From Podarcis bocagei (lineage: Eukaryota), in assembly GCA_964188305.1 (NCBI GenBank), contig OZ076886.1: a stretch of 64,000 nucleotides of DNA. The stretch is one strand, 5' to 3'. Under the pieces are notes generated by a model. It was not told the origin of the DNA. It worked only from the letters and a program-made list of their open reading frames with translations, and ran no database searches. The position numbers and the translations under genes were made by a program. Shown here one piece after another: positions 49,401 to 62,074 of this stretch (position 1 is the stretch's first letter; each line of letters opens with the position of its first letter).

Positions 49401-52400
49401 GGCGTATCCCTTATGAGGGGGGCAGAGCAAAGAGGGGCACAACACCATGGTGTAGCCTGCTTCCCCAAATGTAAAGTTTGATGTAGCAATTGTGCTCCTC
49501 TCAGTGAAAAACATCAGTGTACGATCGAGCACATAAACGGTTTCTTCTAAATAGAAATAAAGAAAGATCAGGTTAGATTTCCCTCTCACCCACACAAAAT
49601 AATAATGACTTGACATCCCGCCAATGCAACTGGTGGAGCCAGTGCAACCACCTGCATCGTATCAAACTGGACCTAACTGACATACACTAACGGGATGTGA
49701 AGGCAGGGCTAAAGTTGCTGAAAAGGTGGTAAAAACAGAGCTATGCAAACCAATACCCAAAGCTATGCAAACCAGCGTGGAAGCTGGTGCTTCTTCACTG
49801 ATGAGGTTCAGAATACCAAACCTTGAATATAGGCAATGCTTGGGCAGTTTCTTCCATGAAGGATGGTATCAGAGGTTAGGTAAAAGTCCTCTTGCCACCA
49901 TCTCATTACACTTTTAAGTTATGGTTGCTGCAATGCAGTATTCTTTTCTAGAAGAGAAACCATTTGAAGAGAGATTCTGGTTTGAACAAGATTCAAATGG
50001 AAAGTGAGTTGCCTGAAGCCGTGAGCGGCAAGCTGCAATATCACAGTTGTTTCTCACCTCAGCCATAAATTCACTCCTTGGCTCTTGCTTCACCTCAGAG
50101 CTACAGTTGTAATATATGAATATCAGCCTATCTTGCAAGATTACCACATTACTGAAACCAAGTGTTTTGAACACTTATCACCTTTGATAATGTATATTAC
50201 ACCATGTCCGATTATTCTGAATTAGAACCAACACCTAGTCAATCAGTACTGTACTTTATCTTGAACATAAGCCCTTGGCAAAGTGTCAGCTTTTTAATTT
50301 TCAGAGAAATATGAAGAACAGAGATAGTCTCCTCTAACTCTATGATTCTAACCCATAAATATTTGATAATTAAAAGTTATATTTGCATAACAGCTGGATT
50401 TCCAATTGCTAATAAACATCTAAAGCTAAAATGCTATGGACTTAGCTAAACCAGAGAGGGTTCCTTTTTGTCACCCTATTTGAAAATGCTTGGTGTTTCA
50501 TAGCTAGTACTGGAACCATCTCAGCTTCTTGGATTAGACATTCAAAATATAGTTACTAGGTTTGCTTCATAAACTCAAAAATTGGACACCAGAAGGTCAG
50601 AATAGAGGAACTGACAAAAGATTAAGCTACAAAGTGGATAACTGCTTGATGGCGCAATTTGATTTATGAATGTTTCCACAGGGAAAAATAGTTATTCTGC
50701 TTACAGTCACTTGTTATTAAAAAAGGACAAATTGAATAGATAGATTTTTACCAGTGTCTCATTCGCACCAGCTTGCACATACAGAATAATGCTGAGGACA
50801 AGAATAAAACATCTACCACATGATGCTAATACTCATAGCAAGGCACTTTTGTAGGCACTATTAAGCAGCCCTGGGTAAGTAACAAACTCTAGATCATGAC
50901 TTTCCAAGAATCCATTAGTTGGCATGGCATGATTTGAGCTGTTGCCCTGCTTATGATCCTAAACTTCTGAGTATGCTCTAGGCTTGATCCATAGTATGAA
51001 GCAATCTCTCAGATACTGGTATTTTGTTTCTAAACAAAATCCTGCTTTACTTACATTATCAGTCTACTGGTGGCTTTCTCTAAGGGCAGATTTCCTGACT
51101 TTAATCCTTTCGGCCTAGACTCTGATATTTGTTTTACATTACTAGATTGGCACCACTGCTGGAACACAATTCTAATCATGCATGCTAGCACCTTTACCTT
51201 GTATTTTAGTAGGCTGTGCCAATTTCAACTCTTTTCTACAAAACCCAACTTCATCCTCTTCTGTACAGCCAAGTATCAACAGTGAACTAACAAATTTATG
51301 AATAGCCTTAAATTGTTTGAAACTATTTCATTCACTCAGCCTTTCTATTGTCCTTGGTATGCTGAAGAAAATAGTAATTCCTAAAGCTTTAAAAACAAAT
51401 TGGCCTATGTTTAAGCTGTTGCAAGACCTCCTGCCTCGTGGCTCCGTTAGTATGAACAGGTTTTTGTTTCATCTTTCTCCTGCAGGGTCTCAGAGCTGCT
51501 GCAAATGCCATAATGGCCTGACTCCAGTGGAGGAGACCAAGCAAGTCATTCCTAGTCCCTTGGTTTATGTTCATATTTTATTCCATTAATGTAGATTATA
51601 GCAGAAATTTGTACAGTATTGTGTCTACGAGCCTCTAGCTTCAGCCTACAAGGAATTTTTCTCTCAGGTGAAGTACTCTACTGTTCCAGGAGTCTGGCAT
51701 CCTTGATGAAATTTCCTGCACCCAAAGAAGAGCAGAGCCTCTTGAGTATGTGGGTCCTTTAGTGTTGAAGAGGGCTTAAGCTAAGGCTCACTGAAGATCT
51801 TTATCTCCATCAGGACAACAGGGAAGGGATATTCTCAGATTTCCTTAGCAAAAAACCAAGACCTTGCCACAGACTCATTAAGGAGTTTGATTTCCAAGTA
51901 TAGCTAATCATGTAAGTTGCTAGAGTGTGATATTAACATTGTCTCCTACCATGCCACAATGCAGCATTAACTACTACTCTACCTCAGTTAACACCCTTGT
52001 TTTTACTTCATTTAACAAGAAAAAACACAACATTCGTATCACAACGTTAGCTTGTGGTAGAGTATCTGCTTTGCCTGCAAAAGGTTCCAAGTTTCTCCTG
52101 GTAGACAACACTACTGAGCTAGATGGTCTCAGTCTAAGTCAGTTTCCTATGTCTGTTCCTTTGTTTGAAGATTGGAGAAAATGGAAACATCATGTCCAAC
52201 ATTTTACGGTGCAATTGAGGGTGAAATTGTTATTAAAGACCCATCGGAAATGGTCTGAAACAGGCTATATCAATATCTGATTGCAGGGACAGAATGAGCA
52301 TAATGCTCCCTGGCTAAACAAACATAATGCTGTAACTTCTCTGCCCCCCACACCTGTAAGTAGTGCAGACTCAGCCTTTTCAGAAAAAAATGTGGTCCTG

Positions 52401-52499
52401 AACTGTCTCACAGAAAATTCCATATTTCCCTGTGATCTCCCTTCTCAGCTATTTAAATCTGCATAATTTATGGGCTTTCCCCCTTTAAGATAAGGCATT

Positions 52500-55400
52500 C
52501 AAGAGTTTTATTCCCATCTACAGATAATTTGATAAAAGGCTGAATGCAATGCCTCCTGGAACAAACATAATAAAGGCCAGCTTGTATAATAATTACCAAA
52601 AAACCCCACCCTCTAACAGGAATAAGATCTTTTCCTACTGGAACATCAAACTTTATTAGTGAGGCAGGCCCTTTCAAAGGAACACGTAGTTGGCACAACT
52701 CCAAAAAAAGAATATCAAGAGTACTGGCAAAAGGGAGGAATCAATCTGAAAGATTCCAAAGTTGCAAATGCAACCCAATTAAATAAATGTAAACTAATTG
52801 GCTATACAAGTTTTACTTGATTAAATCAATTAATGAAAATTTGCATATTTGTAAAAACAATATCCCTGAAGCAAAAGGCATGCTTTGTTTTAAAGATGAT
52901 GCACACATTCATGATATCAAACATCTTAAAAGAAGCATTCTTTCTGGTCATAAGGGAGAATACTTCTTATAAAATGGTGCTTGCTGCCTGCAGTTCTAAG
53001 CTAATTATTAAAAGTATCGCTTTTCCCCTTACAGTCTGCTAACCAATTTACTGGGGAACCTATCAGTAGATTAAAAATACTGCAACTGCTTAACCAAACT
53101 GATTGTATTGTGCTTTAGACAGTGAAACCTCTGGCATTAATTGGTTGGGTTAATGTGGCAGCATACAATTCAAGTTGTTCAAGGAACCAAACAGCTTGCA
53201 TTGCTACTTCTGTGAGGAAGGGGGATGTTGTCAGTTTGGAGGAGAGTAGAACCTCCCTTGGGGACAGGTGGTAGCAGAAGTCCCAAGATACAAGAAATCT
53301 GAGGAACAGGGAGGCCTGAGGCTACAATGCTGAAGGTAAGGCTCAGAGTTGGAAGTGAATGACAATGAAGAACTTGAAGGAAGGCTAAGTGACTTGAGAT
53401 GAGACATGAACTTAACACACAAAGGTCCAATCATAGAGGGAACTCTGAATAAATTTCACAATATTTAGGATCAGGAGTTGTATGCAGGAGGGACGGTATC
53501 TCAGATCAGGAGGAGGTGGAGGAGACAGGTGTACTACGCAGCCTGGTCAGGAGACAAGATGGCTAATGGACACTGTCACTAGACTGCCTTAGAGGTGAAT
53601 CTGTCTGTTGGGGTGACCAAGGGCACTGCAGCACTCTGACAATCCTAAGGGGAGAGCTGGATTATACATATTGATTTGAACCAAGCAGCCAATTATTTAA
53701 GCTAGGTGCTTTCAGTTGCCTTTAATGCACTTAAAAGTGAAAACCACTGTACAATGAAAAGCAGAGGTGTAATGCTTTCCTGGTAAGTTAACAGACAGGG
53801 GGAACATGGATAGTATTTGGCACATGGTAGCTGCCAAGCAGCATTTCCCTGCTACCACTCTTATGGAATACTTTTCAATCAGATATGATGCTAAGGAAGA
53901 ACACATCTCAGATGGGAGAGGGAATGGAAACAAGGCAGAATCAACCATGCATGCATCCTTCATGGCCTTTGATTAAAAGAAAGCAATAGGGATGGTTGCA
54001 TGCAAGACACACTGTGCTACTCACTTCTCCTTCCATTTTTCAGGACAGTCAGAATGAAGCTAGCTGGAAAGCTATGGTGCTATTGCTACCCCTTAATTTA
54101 AAGTAGTGACAGGTGTAATAACACCCTCCACACACAGTTTTGGGAAGGCAGCTCTTAGCACAGGGAGTTATGTAATATTTGGAACTATATTGTCATATTA
54201 GTCCCTGCTCTGGAAACTGGCCCAGTTATATATGGTGAGGAATTTGCTCACCAATGCATCATTCTGTGCTGCAGGATTTCCACATACCTTTATACTGAAT
54301 GCCTGGACTGAAATCAAGGTTTAAACCCCTGCTTTGGTCTAAGAGGAACCCAGTGCGACAAATGGTGATGCAGTTACACTGTCTTGTGCTGGGACATTCT
54401 TCTGTATTATAGGTGCTGAATAAAAAAAAGATTAGAGTTGTGACTTTGGTTTCATAACATGACTGCTGCTCAGCCTGCTATGGGAGACCAAAGCAAATAA
54501 AAAGAAATGGTTTTAAAAATCAGAAACAGAGGAAGAAGTTGTACAGGGGAGAATAGGCGCCCGCAACAGTGATGACACACTTTGATACAAGGATTTCAGT
54601 ACCTGTTCTATGTAAGTCCTGTATGGGTTGGGTCTCAGACTGTATTGCCAGAGACGAGGTGAGATGTGGGAAATACATTCAACATCGGGAAAATTAAAGC
54701 AATTTTTTAAAAAAGCTTATACACCAATACACTTTTAAAGTACACCTTACCAAGACAGTGAGTCTGCTAGTTTCAGTTTATCCTGGAGTGATAGAGCCTA
54801 AGGTTTCTCCAGGAAACAGCTTCCACATCCACTGGCAGCTCTTGGGACACCTCTCTATAGAAACCACAACACATTCTCCACCTTCCATGTAAGTATACAA
54901 CCAGAAAAGCACACACTCAGGATTCTCCTTTTGTTTCCAGAACAGGTTTAATCTAATATACATATTCCTAGGTACAGTAATAACCAGAATATGCCCATTG
55001 AAAAAGTTAAAAGGTAATTTGCCTCCAGACTCGGCTCAGCCTGGGATCCAAATAAAAACGAATGCTTGTTATTTCTACACAAAACTAGAGTTTAAAAAGT
55101 TGAGGTTCTATGAAGAGAGACGAGGACAGCAACAGTGAGAAATAACAGGGAAGCAGAAATTCCAGTAGGACCTACTGTTGCTGGTTTGGGAACTGCACCA
55201 AGTTCTTGCTAAAAAAGGAGAAACATAGAGGCCCCTCCACCCGCAAGAAGTCCAAACTCTTCAGGTACCCTTGGAAAGGACTTGCTTGTCCAGAAGGACA
55301 TGTCATCCCTGATTTCAGGCAGAGGTTATCTATGGGACATCATTACCCTTTCTTCAGCCCAAGGCGAAAGACAGGAAAAATCCATATTCCTTTGCCAAAC

Positions 55401-56207
55401 TCTCATTGCCATAATGTGGCAGAGCTGAATTCCCTACAGGGTCCCACATGAAACAGATGGGGATAACCAGGTGACATTGGGAAGTTATGGAAAGGGGAAA
55501 TGTATATGGGTCAAAGAGTCCATGATTTCCCCTTCAATGCAGGTGGGACTGAGGCCCTCCATTACACAGTTAGGGAACGTGAACATGCACAACAGGATCC
55601 AACGTCTACAGAAACTAAAGACTTGTCACCTAAGGAGTCAAACATACATTAACTCTAGAGTCACATACAGAATCAACAGCTTTCCCCACAGAACAAAGTG
55701 CTCTGTGTCTACCCTCCCAACTTGCTTGTGTCTGACCTCAAACAAATCCTCATGTTCACAACTTTCACTAGAACCTCATATTCACAATTCTCACCACCAC
55801 ATCTCTCACAGCCTGAACTGCAACAGAGCAAGTCCATGTTTCCTCCCTGTAACAAGTGTGTGTCTTTGGAGAAACCTGCATTCACTTGAAGGACAAGAAA
55901 ATTTCCGTTTTACTTTTGTGCAGATAAAAGCGAGCTCCATTTTGGAATACCATTTCCATCAATAAGGAGCATCTCCATTAAAAACAGCATTGTTAATTTA
56001 GTGCTCAAACTCTGGGACTGTTCCTGCGAACTCTCCGCCCCACCCAAAATCCAAGTTAAGTCTACAGGCGGGCAAAGCTGTGGAGCACGGGGTGGGGGTG
56101 GGGGGTGTCAAATACTGCTTTCACCCCCGTTCTGATAACCATTTATCTTGTTCATTTGGAAAGGTAAGAGAGAAACCCTGGAATGCTGGTGCTTCCTACG
56201 AGCTTTG
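52500..56207 (-). other. WIZ: Putative WIZ 3' UTR (end uncertain)
   Basis: Follows the stop codon; clearest minus-strand AATAAA seen at 52652-52657 and 52507-52512, AGTAAA near 52812. Confidence 0.4.
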
Positions 56208-56364
56208 CTACTGGGCCTCGGCTACAGGTGGTGCCGCAGGCACATCGGTCCCACTTCGCAAAGCATCGGCCTTGGAGAAGTTAGTCTCCAAGATGTGGCG
56301 CTGGAGGTGCCGCACCCACTCCTCTTGGATGGAGAGGGGCCCCTGGAACTCCACTTCGCAGAAC
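56208..56364 (-). CDS. WIZ: WIZ last coding exon (C-terminal finger, TAG)
   Basis: FCEVEFQGPLSIQEEWVRHLQRHILETNFSKAD...AEAQ*. Confidence 0.93.
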
Positions 56365-59300
56365 CTGCACAAAGAGAACACAAAAGTCTATTTGAACCAA
56401 GCTGAAGATTTGCTCATCTCGAAGCTCATAGGGAAACCCTCCAAAAGTAGAATGTGGGAAAGGGGTGTGTGGGAATTGAGGTTGCCGGCCCATCTCTTGC
56501 CCTGCCTCCAAGAGGCCTGGTACAAGAAGATTGTTGCCTATAACAGGTTTAAGAGCAAACTGCTCACACTATAAAGCCATTCAAATTTCACTGCAGAAAA
56601 GGGGATTAGCAAAATGGAACAATGGCACAAACCTGCACTTCAGCGTGTAGATGTTGCCCACAAACTTCACCAAGGAGGTCTGTGGTGGCCTAGGAACCAA
56701 GGAGGGCACAGGTCTCACTCTGGGAGGTGGCTGGCGGACCTCTTCAACCTTCTGCTGCAGATCAGCAATCTCCTCTTCTCGAGGTGGAGGAGCCTCAACG
56801 GGCTTGGCCTGCCTCCGTTCAAACTCTAGTAAACAGGGGGGGAATTTGTTTCGGAAAGGATGTTGGGATATAGAAACAGCATTGGCTGTGCTGTATTTGG
56901 AATGAAAAAGGAACTTTGTGAAAACATTTTTATGAAAAAAAGAAAGGTGGGGCAGGAGAAAGTCTAGAAGTCATGCGGGAGAGTGGGGAAGCTACAGGAA
57001 TAGCATTGTCATGCTAAGCATCTCCCCATGACTAAGATCTTTACATGCCAGTCTGTTGAGGAATTTCTCTGAGGCCCTTAGCTGAAGCTACCCAAAGCAT
57101 TGGGGCCAATGAATAATTTGGGAACCCTGAGAAATTAGATTGGTGCCTGAACATTCACTGCCACCACTCCTACCCCCCAGGAAGATACAGCCGCCGCCTC
57201 AAGAAGGCCTCCCGACTGCCCAGAAAGCCTTGTACCCAGATGGGCCCTGTGTTGAAAAAGAAATGACTCACTGTTTATGTTATGCTGCTGATGCTCCTCC
57301 ATCTTTACCAGCGACAGAGGTGACGTGACTGCAGGTCGATCACCCCCATTGCCGCCACTGCCACTGCCACCATCCACAGCTTTGCTAGGCTCACTGGGCA
57401 CTATCTCCCCACCGAGGCTTCTGTTCGCCAGTGGAGGGCTGCCTGCCTGCAGGCTCAGGGGAGCCCTCTTCCCAGAAGCATCGTTGTCGCGCACGTGAGA
57501 TGCATTGCGGAACTTTTTGGTGAAGGGCCGCCCACCTTGGATGTAGCTGCGATAGGCCCCGGCTTTCTGGGGACGATGCTTGATCCACTCACTCAAAGTC
57601 TCGATTGGGGAGCCGTTCACACACCATTCAGTCACTCCAAACTGCCTGAGGTGCGCACGAGCATGGCTGGCCAGCGCCTTGCGGTTCTCAAAGTAGAGGC
57701 CACACAGTTCACAGCAGGCTTCGGTGGCTGGGAGCAGAAATGGCAGGGAGCTAGACTGAGCAAAACCTTCAGTAAAGGACTTAAGCAGTAACAGTTCAAG
57801 TGTGGAGTACCAGGACTTATTTGCTCCATGGCACTACTCTTATTTCCCCACAAAGGATCCTCAGGGATCGATACCAACAGCCTGAAAAGCCCACTTTGAA
57901 ACTTCTAAGCACTGCCATCACCTGTAGTCCACAAGTCAAGTAAACCAAACCCCAGAATCCTTTGCCCATAAATAGGCAAGATGCATACCTTTGCCCACTT
58001 TGGCCATATGGCTGAAGACATGGAAGTTTACACCATTTACTGATTTGCCCAATGTTTGAATCCCTAAAGATAATGAAATAACTCTCTACCAGCCAGAGGA
58101 TGCATAAAGGCTAGCTGATACCAGGGAAGGAGAAGAGGCAACGTACTACGCCAGGGTTGTTGGCTAACTCTAAGCCCACTACATGTTAAAAAAAACCCTA
58201 CCTATCAGGACGCTGCCTCGCATCAAAAGGTTTTTCTAAAGGCTGTAGTGGAATACCTTTTATATAAGGTCCATATGTACACTGTTGCTTCTACCCTCCC
58301 ACCCCCAACAAGCCTGAAAGCAACTCAATTTCATAAGGGAAAGCCCTGAAATAGAATACCGAGGTTTATCAGGATCCCAACCTTATCCCTTCCCCCATTC
58401 TGGGGTTGCACTTACATGTATGAGTGGGCTTGTCATGCACATGCTTGGCTTTGAATGGCAATTCCGTCTGGATGTAGGTTTTCTGCTTCACTTCACTGTG
58501 GCTGCTCAGCCGCTCATCTGGCAGCGGGCGCTTAGTGGAGAGTGGTGCCAAGAAGCCCTCTGGTGACTTGAGTGGTGATAGACTAACCTCCCGACCAAGG
58601 TGTGGTTTCCCAGTCCTCCCGCCCAGCGGGGACAAGGCCATGGGCTGCAGCATTTTCCCAGGGGATTTAGGATCAGCTCCATCCTCCCCCATGGGCTGCG
58701 GAAGCTCAATGCTCATTGTGTTTGGCTCTTTCTTGATCAAGCACGGCTTGTTCTTTTTCTTTATGATTTCTCGCAGCGTGTCAATGGGGGAGCCATTGAC
58801 TGACCACTCAGTTACTCCCATCTGGCGCAAGTGAGATCTGGCATGGCTGGAGAGCCCCTTCCGGTTCTCAAAAAACTCACCACAAAACTCACACCGAATA
58901 TCCCGCACGGGGTCAGCACGAGAGGCTGCAAAAGACAAATCAACATGCACAGAGAATGCTTTACACTCAAAGGCAAGTAATTAGCAACCAGTCATGCACC
59001 TCTCACAACCTTCTTATTTATTTCTGCAGTGCTTTTCAAAACAGACAGACAAAATGAACTACTTATCTCACTTATATCTGATAAGCCACCCATTTAATTT
59101 AAAGGCTGAACAGGTTCCAGGTCTGGGTCCTTCATGCCCGAAGCTAGCATGCTTCTCAGCACTCTGTTAGGTCTAGAGTGACTGCACATTTGGAGACAGG
59201 AGTATCTGAATATTTGCATTTATTTTGCCAATCAGGAAACACAGAAAGTTTCTCACTGTACTAAGGCCAATTGCTAATTACAATCTTACAAGGAATCCAT

Positions 59301-62074
59301 ACAACATGGTCACAAGCTCTCAGAATCTCAGGCAGGAATGCATGAGCATAAAGCTGATGCTACCTGAGATCTTGATTACTAGGCAGCAGCACCGTTTACT
59401 GAGAAAAAAAATCATGTAGCCCTAATTCCCAATTCTTCACTTTCACACCCATTCCAACATGATTTTTGCCCATCACCAAAGGCTTATGCATACAGCCCCT
59501 GTTGCTAACACTTACAGAGATTGAGTGGGGACATCTCCTCTCGTGGTGACCAAGCTCTATCAGATAGATGTGAATCATTATGAAGTCCCCCAGACATCAT
59601 TTCCCGCTTGATTTCCATACGCAGCTGATCTTGTTTCAGTTTCTTGTGCAAAGAGGGAGAAGAAAGGCCAGGGAAGATTTTTCTAGCAGTTGGGGGAGAA
59701 GAGGTAGGAGAGTGCCCCAAAGGGCTCCCTGGCTGCTGTGCCTTCTTAGGCATGGGAGGCACATGGCTCTCCCCTGGACCGCGTGACTCCAGGGAGCCTC
59801 CAAGAACAGACAGAGCAAGTGATTTCTGACCCTGTGCTGGGGAGTTGGAGGTACTGGTCCGAGGCTGAGCTCGCCTTTTTAGGATTTCTCGGAGGGTGTC
59901 GATGGGAGAGCCATTCACATACCACTCAGTTACCCCCATCTGGCGGAGGTGCGACCTGGCATGGCTGGAGAGCCCTTTCCGGTTCTCAAAATATTCACCG
60001 CAGAACTCACACCTGATATCCCGCACAGGTTCTGCTCCAGAGGCTGAGGAGAAAGAGGAAAGGAGAGACAGGCCATTACAGAGGCTGAAAAAGGGATTGG
60101 GCAGGGAGCAGGATGTGACGTGGACACCAACTAGGTTATTCCCTTACAAGGCAGTATGAAGCAGGCACATAGCACAAGGAATTCACACAAGACAAAGCTG
60201 ATACCTTAACAAGATTGGCCAAAGGGGAAAAAAATAAAAAAAATAAACCACCAACAATTCCTGTGAAGCATGAAAGCTGGGGTAGGATGTGGTCAGAGCA
60301 GGGGACACTGGATACATGACAGGAGACAGTGAAGAGCAGGTGCTGCCAAATTATAAAAAATGCTGAGAATGGCTGGTCCTATGTCATGAGATTAGCGAGG
60401 AGGTATACCAGAAGCTGTGTGCTTTCCTTCGCACCCTGATCAAGCTTTCAAAGGAAGATGATCATGTGCGTGCAAGGAATCGGGCATGAAGGCCAGTTTC
60501 TTCTCCATGATCCCACTGTCTCCTTCAAAACGAAGGGCCACCCGTCGGGATGAAAGTACATTTGCTGTACAGCTGAATAGGAAATCCCACAATGAGAAAT
60601 GCTGAATACCTTTTCCCGTCCCAGAATTCAATGCCTTAATTCTCTCTGTCAGGAAGTTCAGAGAAGACTCATTTCCCAATGTGTGTCAGGGGAAGAACCA
60701 CCAAGTGCTCTGTATTTGCCACCGTAAGCTTGAGCCATGCAGCCTCCTTTAGGTAATGCAGGACAGCTAGTGCAAAGGGGTGAAACACACCATTCCATAT
60801 GGGGTGCCCATGGCTATTTAACAGCTTTAAAGCCAGCAGTATGCAGATCACACTTTGACTGGTCTCATCTACTCTCCCTGCACTGAGGGAGGGAAATAGC
60901 TGGAATCCCACCACCTTGAGGCAGTTGTCACCTCCATCTCTGAAATGGGTCGCAGTGCCACTTTAAAGCCCTGGTAAAATTGTAATTGGCAGAAGCAATC
61001 TTCCTTGCTCTGTAACTGCTAAGACATTAAATGCCATGGAGAAACATATCAGTACTGAGCATTTTGCTGACGCTAAACAAAGCCAATGAGTGCTGTAAAA
61101 AATGCAGCAGTCAATTTCAAACCAATGGCCACCAAAGGGCTCAGGCTATGTAAGATTGCACACTCTTCCCTTCAAACTGCTTAATTAATTCCCCTTCCAT
61201 CTGCAGCAGATCAGATTGAATCCACACTTGTCTTGTGATACTCTTAACTGAAGAGCAACCATATAGCTTTCTCCTATCTGGGACAGGGAGATGCCATCCA
61301 TTTGGAGCAAGATCTAACCGTGAAGAAAATACCCGGACAGGGAAGAGTTAACTTCAGCACACGCACAGGCCAGCTGGGAAAGCTGCATTATACATTTCAG
61401 AAAAAGCTTTGCAAGAAAAAGCATGTGGGCCAAAATGCTTGCTTCCCCAACCCTTTGCTGCTTATTGGACATGGTGGCAGGAAATGGCAAGGGGCCTGGA
61501 TTTCTAAGCGTACAGCTCCATGTCACATAAACAAGACTAGGAAGGGGGAGAGGAAGAGGAGGGGACAGGAGCCAGTGCTGATAGAACCTACAGAGATTGA
61601 GTGGAGCCATCTCAGCATCTGCTGCCCAGTACGCACTGGAAGAAAGACCCTGTTTCCTTTGCAGGCTGGCCGCAGCTGACAGCCTGTGGCCATGTGGCTT
61701 CAACTTCTTGGATGGTGGAGGGGAGTGAGGTGAGAGTACAGATGGCTGTTTGCCCAAAGGCCTTGGTGCGTGTGCTTGTTTCATGCCTGTGGCAGGCGCT
61801 GCTGTAGCTGTGCTCTTTGGGCTGGGTCCATCAGAGCTCCCAGTCTCCCCTAATGTTTCTCTCTCGCTATGGAGGAGAGAGGGAGGGCGGCCTTTGAAGT
61901 CTTCGCTTTTGATGAGATCATTTAAAACATCAATAGGAGATCCTTTAGCATCTGGATCGCTCACTCCCAGGTGTCTCAGGTGGGCTCTAGCGTGACTCGA
62001 CAGCCCTTTTCTGGTTTCAAACCAGGCACCACATAACTGGCAGTCAATTTCTCTGCCCGAGTCACTATCTACAG
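56208..62074 (-). CDS. WIZ: Widely interspaced zinc finger protein WIZ, last six coding exons (5' part outside window)
   Basis: complement join(61592-62074,59516-60043,58416-58925,57272-57727,56633-56825,56208-56364). Repeated CxxC..FENRKGLSSHARSHLR..GSPIDTL modules, PLNLS motifs, C-terminal finger CRFCEVEFQGPLSIQEEWVRHLQRH; adjacent to AKAP8L. Confidence 0.94.
56633..56825 (-). CDS. WIZ: WIZ penultimate exon
   Basis: KFERRQAKP...PRPPQTSLVKFVGNIYTLKCR. Confidence 0.93.
57272..57727 (-). CDS. WIZ: WIZ internal exon (456 nt, one C2H2 finger)
   Basis: STEACCELCGLYFENRKALASHARAHLRQFGVTEW...HQQHNIN|GTGAGT. Confidence 0.93.
58416..58925 (-). CDS. WIZ: WIZ internal exon (510 nt, one C2H2 finger)
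   Basis: SSRADPVRDIRCEFCGEFFENRK...KTYIQTELPFKAK...|GTAAGT. Confidence 0.94.
59516..60043 (-). CDS. WIZ: WIZ internal exon (528 nt, one C2H2 finger)
   Basis: SSGAEPVRDIRCEFCGEYFENRKGLSSHARSH...MSPLNL|GTAAGT. Confidence 0.94.
61592..62074 (-). CDS. WIZ: WIZ internal exon (483 nt, one C2H2 finger)
   Basis: CCGCAG|..VDSDSGREIDCQLCGAWFETRKGLSSHARAHLR...MAPLNL|GTAGGT. Confidence 0.92.

Noticed and set aside
52839-52846. Octamer ATTTGCAT (also near 50381 and 59212) as an snRNA promoter element
   Set aside because: No snRNA body or proximal element recognisable nearby; expected by chance in AT-rich DNA.
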